Shown piece after piece: positions 56,816 to 64,000 of a DNA stretch of 64,000 nt. The stretch lies in NCBI GenBank assembly GCA_964016885.1, contig OZ024743.1, positions 287,804,001 through 287,868,000 of the forward strand, in the 5' to 3' direction. Source of the DNA: Eledone cirrhosa. Lineage: Eukaryota. Each line of letters opens with the position of its first letter. Position 1 is the first letter of the stretch. The notes under the pieces are model-generated. The model saw only the letters and a list, made by a program, of their open reading frames with translations, made no database searches and was not told the DNA's origin. The position numbers and the translations under genes are program-made.

Positions 56816-57185
56816 GGTTGATTTTCTCCCTCTCCTTTTCATTATTATTATTATTATTATTATTATTGATCTGTTCGGACGTCCTTTTTGCTCGCCACCA
56901 GTAAGTCGCTTTATGTACCTGTTATAATTATTTGTTGTTAAATTTTTCTTGTTGTGTAAGGCATATAAACCCTTGGACTTTGCCCTGTGAAGGGGAAAGT
57001 ATAATATTTGAACAATATTTGAACAGTTTACTTTTGAAATTAAAAAAACAACAACAAAAAAAACATGGCTGTGCCACGCCGCAAGCAATATGTCTGCTGT
57101 CGTCTGACAACGGCGTAAAAGTTGAGAGGAGGGTTACAACAGACACCACCACAAACAACGTGAATAAAGACAACACAGATGTCTA

Positions 57186-59592
<2,407 letters not shown>

Positions 59593-59624
59593 AAACTGTA
59601 ATCTATCTATCTATCTATTTATGT

Positions 59625-59958
59625 GAAGGCGCATTGCTCAGTGGTTAGAGCATTGGGCTTACAAACTAGAGATTGTGAGTTCGATTCTCGAAGCGGGTGA
59701 TGCGTTGTGCCCTTGAGCAAGACACTTTCTTCACGTTGCTCCAGTTCTATCAGCTGTAGATATGTGTTGCAACATCACTGGTGCCAAGCTGTATCGATCT
59801 TTACCTTTCTCTTGGACAACATCGGTGGCTTGGCGAGGAGAGACTGGTGTGTGTGGATGACTGCTGGTCTTCCACAAACAACCCTGCTCGGACTTGTGCT
59901 GCTTCAGAAGGTAACTTTCTAGGTGCAAAAACCATGGTCATTAGTGACTGAAAAGTGT

Positions 59959-59960
<2 letters not shown>
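59625..59960 (+). mobile_element. tRNA-derived SINE (family 2)
   Basis: ggcgcattgctcagtggttagagc..gagttcgattc..cccttgagcaagacactt. Confidence 0.8.
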
Positions 59961-60036
<76 letters not shown>

Positions 60037-60268
60037 GTGTAGTGTAATTTGGTATAGAATATCGAAAACAATGGAAGAGCACTAAATTCGTGGGAAGAGT
60101 CGTGGTTTACAGATAATTATTAAACTATCTATTTATCTATCTATCTGAATGGAATGCTTTTGTATGAGTTTACCTTTGTATATATATATATATATATATA
60201 TTTGGAAATCCAATGATCTGAATGATTGTCATGTAGAGTCATGGTAAATCCAATTCCACAGTGAAGAT

Positions 60269-60308
<40 letters not shown>

Positions 60309-61015
60309 TACATGCTAAATATTACATTTTTTTCTTACTTTTAAAATGTTTTAGCTTCTTAGGCAATATTGTTCCGCACAACACTGGATATAAATTGGGT
60401 CATTTCCTCTTTCTACTTAATCATGTGATGTATCTCACTTCACCCGGTCTTAAAACTGTCTGCAATTCACTTTTACTTTCGTTTGAGAGCTTCTTTTATT
60501 GTGACAGAAACTAAAAACATATTGCAAATGATTATAACTAAATATTGAATACAACATCTCCGGATACAAACTTGTTTTACAAGCAATCGCAGCAGTAAAA
60601 AAAAAAAAAATAAATAAATAAAACAAAATAAAATTCTGTGATACCGTCTGTCACCAGTGGATAACTAAGAGAAACCCTTAACATAAATGAACTTTTTGTA
60701 TATAACGATGCTGAAATATGGTAAATGGCATCGAAAAGAAACGAAGAGAGCCGAAAATGTGAATTCTGTTCCTGTCATACTTGCTTGTAAAACAACTTTA
60801 GAACGAGGGCTCTAATAACCGAAATTCATATACGAAAAACAATTTAAACTTATTACTATTACTGAATATCTCTCTATCTATCTTTGAATATATCTATTTT
60901 TGATCTATCTCTATATCTGAAGAAATACTCTTTATATGTATTCCCAAACTCTCATACACATACACAAATGCACATATCTACACTCACATTTACACACACA
61001 CAAACCTACATTCCC

Positions 61016-61453
<438 letters not shown>

Positions 61454-61694
61454 ATATATATATATATATATATATAACATACAGGGTTGGATAAACCTTT
61501 TTTGCTTTTATTTTTTTTCATTTTTTTTATTTTCGTGAGAACTGGAGAACGAGTTGGACGCTAAACAGGGATCTACTGGGAAACATTACCATTCAAATAA
61601 CTTCGCTATTTCAGTGGCACCTTAAATGTCTTCAAGTGAAAGCTATCCACGAACTTTCAGCCTAACATTGTACACTTTAACATGGATTTGTAAT

Positions 61695-61870
61695 TTAGGC
61701 AAAGTTGATTAAATCAATCTCAGTACTAGATAGGTACAATAGTTTATTGACCCTGGAAGAATGAAAAGTAAAGTTGACCTAGGTGGGATTTGAACTCAAT
61801 ATGTAAAATGTCAGAACAAATACCGCAATGTCATTTTATTCGACACTCTACCGATTCTGCCAATTCACCT
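61695..61870 (-). mobile_element. Diverged SINE (family 1)
   Basis: ttattgaccctggaagaatgaaaag..gatttgaactc..ctctaccgattctgccaattcacc. Confidence 0.75.
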
Positions 61871-62858
61871 CCTTTGTTATTTATTTTAATATTAAGTTCA
61901 GAAGATGGTTAACGTTTATTTACACAAAAGGAAGTAAGGAAATGTACATGCCTAATTATATCTATGTCTGCAGATATGGATTGCTTATGTGTATATAAGT
62001 GTATATGTGTACGTCTGTAGGTAATTTGTGCGTCTCAATATTACTTATGTGTTTATAGTGTCACCCTGTACACCTTTCATCTTACGCAGTAACCCTATTT
62101 CTATTCACGGTAGTTCGATGTATTCTACCTATCTAGCTTCATGACTATTTCCATATTCTCGGGTATTCTTGACACACCTATCACACACTTTCTGTAACTC
62201 TTTTCATGGCTGTTTGAAGCATACAATTTATAGACACCGACTGTTCATATCTCTGATCAGTCCCCTACATTCACCTCGCTTCTTTGGTTTATCACTCTCA
62301 GATACTAACCACGAAATCTATCCCTCAAATTTAGTTTTTCCCCCTCACTTCTTCACTTTCAGACTAAACCTTATATACTACATATTAAATTGAACACCGG
62401 AGCAGTTGAAATAGAAAAGAGTCAGTACTTTGATAGAACCAAAGAAACTATGTTTCTATTGGACTTTCCATGACAGAGGTGTCACCGCTTTTCAGCTGGA
62501 AGATAACCGCAAGACATTTGACAATTCCGGCAATCCACCATCGCTGGACTGCTATTTTAGTTATCGACCCCAACTAAAAGATGAAAGATTAAATTGATTT
62601 TGGCTTGATTTAAACTCAGTGTGCAGAGAACCAGAAAAATTCTGTAAAACCTTTAAACCGATGTTCTAATGCCTCTGCCAATAAATACATATCAGCACAG
62701 AATGAAAACTGGAGCCAGACAGTTGATACTTTTTAACTCATGGAGAAATACATAAATAAGACAGGTTTACATGTTTATAGCATTTATTAATGCATTTGTT
62801 TAGACAGACTTTCACACAACTTCGGTTATATCATGTACTCTGTCTGTACAGATATGTA

Positions 62859-63081
62859 CAGTCTGTTTGCTTTCTACGCGAAGATGCGTTCGTGAACGCG
62901 GCACATAAAGAAAATTCACGTAATTCAATTCTCATGTTATATATTTCTGATAAATAAAAAATATTTAAAAACTACACTCGTTATAGCGCGTTATTCGCGC
63001 AAAGTGAATATTTGATATTTTTTCAAGAGTCGTTAAAGCGAATTCGCGTATTTCAAGTTCGGGTAAAAATCGAACAGACTG
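62859..63081. mobile_element. Tc1/pogo-like MITE
   Basis: TIR cagtctgtttg / cgaacagactg with TA on both sides. Confidence 0.7.
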
Positions 63082-63240
63082 TATTTATCTTAAATACTAT
63101 ATTTTTCACAGCATTAAAATCTATAATCTCTCGGATGTTATATAGATATATTTTTTCCGAGGTAAATCTTCACCAGTTGTATTAGGATTCAGATTCTACT
63201 ATATTTTATTATATTTTTAAATTTTTGCAATAAAGTAGAT

Positions 63241-63276
<36 letters not shown>

Positions 63277-63366
63277 TACACACACTCACACACTATATAT
63301 ATATATCTTTTACCTGTTCCAGCCATCCGGCTGAGGCCATGCTGGGGCACCGCCCTTATATATATG

Positions 63367-63420
<54 letters not shown>

Positions 63421-63559
63421 AATATGCATGTATGTGTGTGTGTGTGTGTATACATATATATGCGTATATGTATGTAAAAGGTAAACAGAAATAACAAAGC
63501 ATGCGACACAGTATAATCAAGAAATATATTAGTTTAACGCCTGAAATAATAGGAAAAGA

Positions 63560-63596
63560 ATCTTCAAGTTTGGGACGCTGGTCTTCATCAGAAGAT
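63560..63596 (-). ncRNA. Degenerate minimal hammerhead
   Basis: Reverse complement atctt-CTGATGA-agac-cagc-gtcc-CAAA-cttg-aagat; helix I intact, core mutated. Confidence 0.45.
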
Positions 63597-63707
63597 AGAA
63601 TGAGAGATAAAAGATGAAATAGATAGTGAGAAGATGAAGGGGCGGAAAAGAACTGAGAAAAAAAACACGTATGTATTCAGTCAGCCATTTTGGAGAGAGG
63701 TATATAT

Positions 63708-63940
63708 CAGGGACGGTGGAAGCATCTCTAAATTGGGGGAGGGGTCAAATGTTGACAATTTATTGATTAGTGATTTATTGACTAGTGATTAGTGATTAGT
63801 TTAGCTCTTTGCACTCTAAAATGGTCAGAAAACTTCCACATGCGATAAATATAGCATGTACATAAATTGATGTATGTTTTGGTAGTTTGGGGAGAAAATA
63901 TAATTATTGGAGGGGGAGATGTCACCCCCAGTTCCACCGC

Positions 63941-63945
<5 letters not shown>
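63708..63945. mobile_element. hAT-like MITE
   Basis: TIR-like cagggacggtggaa / ttccaccgccacta in TA context. Confidence 0.55.

Positions 63946-64000
<55 letters not shown>

Noticed and set aside
59625-59700. tRNA gene candidates at SINE heads
   Set aside because: A/B-box-like motifs run into SINE bodies with no complete cloverleaf

Overview
AT-rich, microsatellite-saturated eukaryotic non-genic DNA. The repeat content looks like an octopus/cephalopod genome (inference). No host protein-coding exon could be supported; most listed ORFs are microsatellite translations. The window is a mosaic of transposon relics: a 5'-truncated Penelope-like element (RT + GIY-YIG + 3' hammerhead ribozyme), Chapaev3 transposons, an internally deleted Helitron, Tx1/L1-, CR1/L2-, CRE- and Dong/R4-type LINE fragments, hAT and Tc1/pogo MITEs, many tRNA-derived SINEs, and two minisatellites (47 bp and 14 bp). 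The main signal is at least 15 short non-coding inserts, mostly sitting in or next to (TA)n, (CA)n or (TC)n tracts. They belong to several unrelated-looking sequence families, and most carry complete, degenerate or half type I hammerhead ribozyme motifs with co-varying stems. About ten are asymmetric fold-back palindromes, and several appear to fold back inside helix II of the ribozyme. One family shares its ribozyme context with the Penelope element in the window, suggesting a microsatellite-targeted Penelope/hammerhead mobile RNA system. All structures were paired by eye; coordinates are approximate to a few nt.
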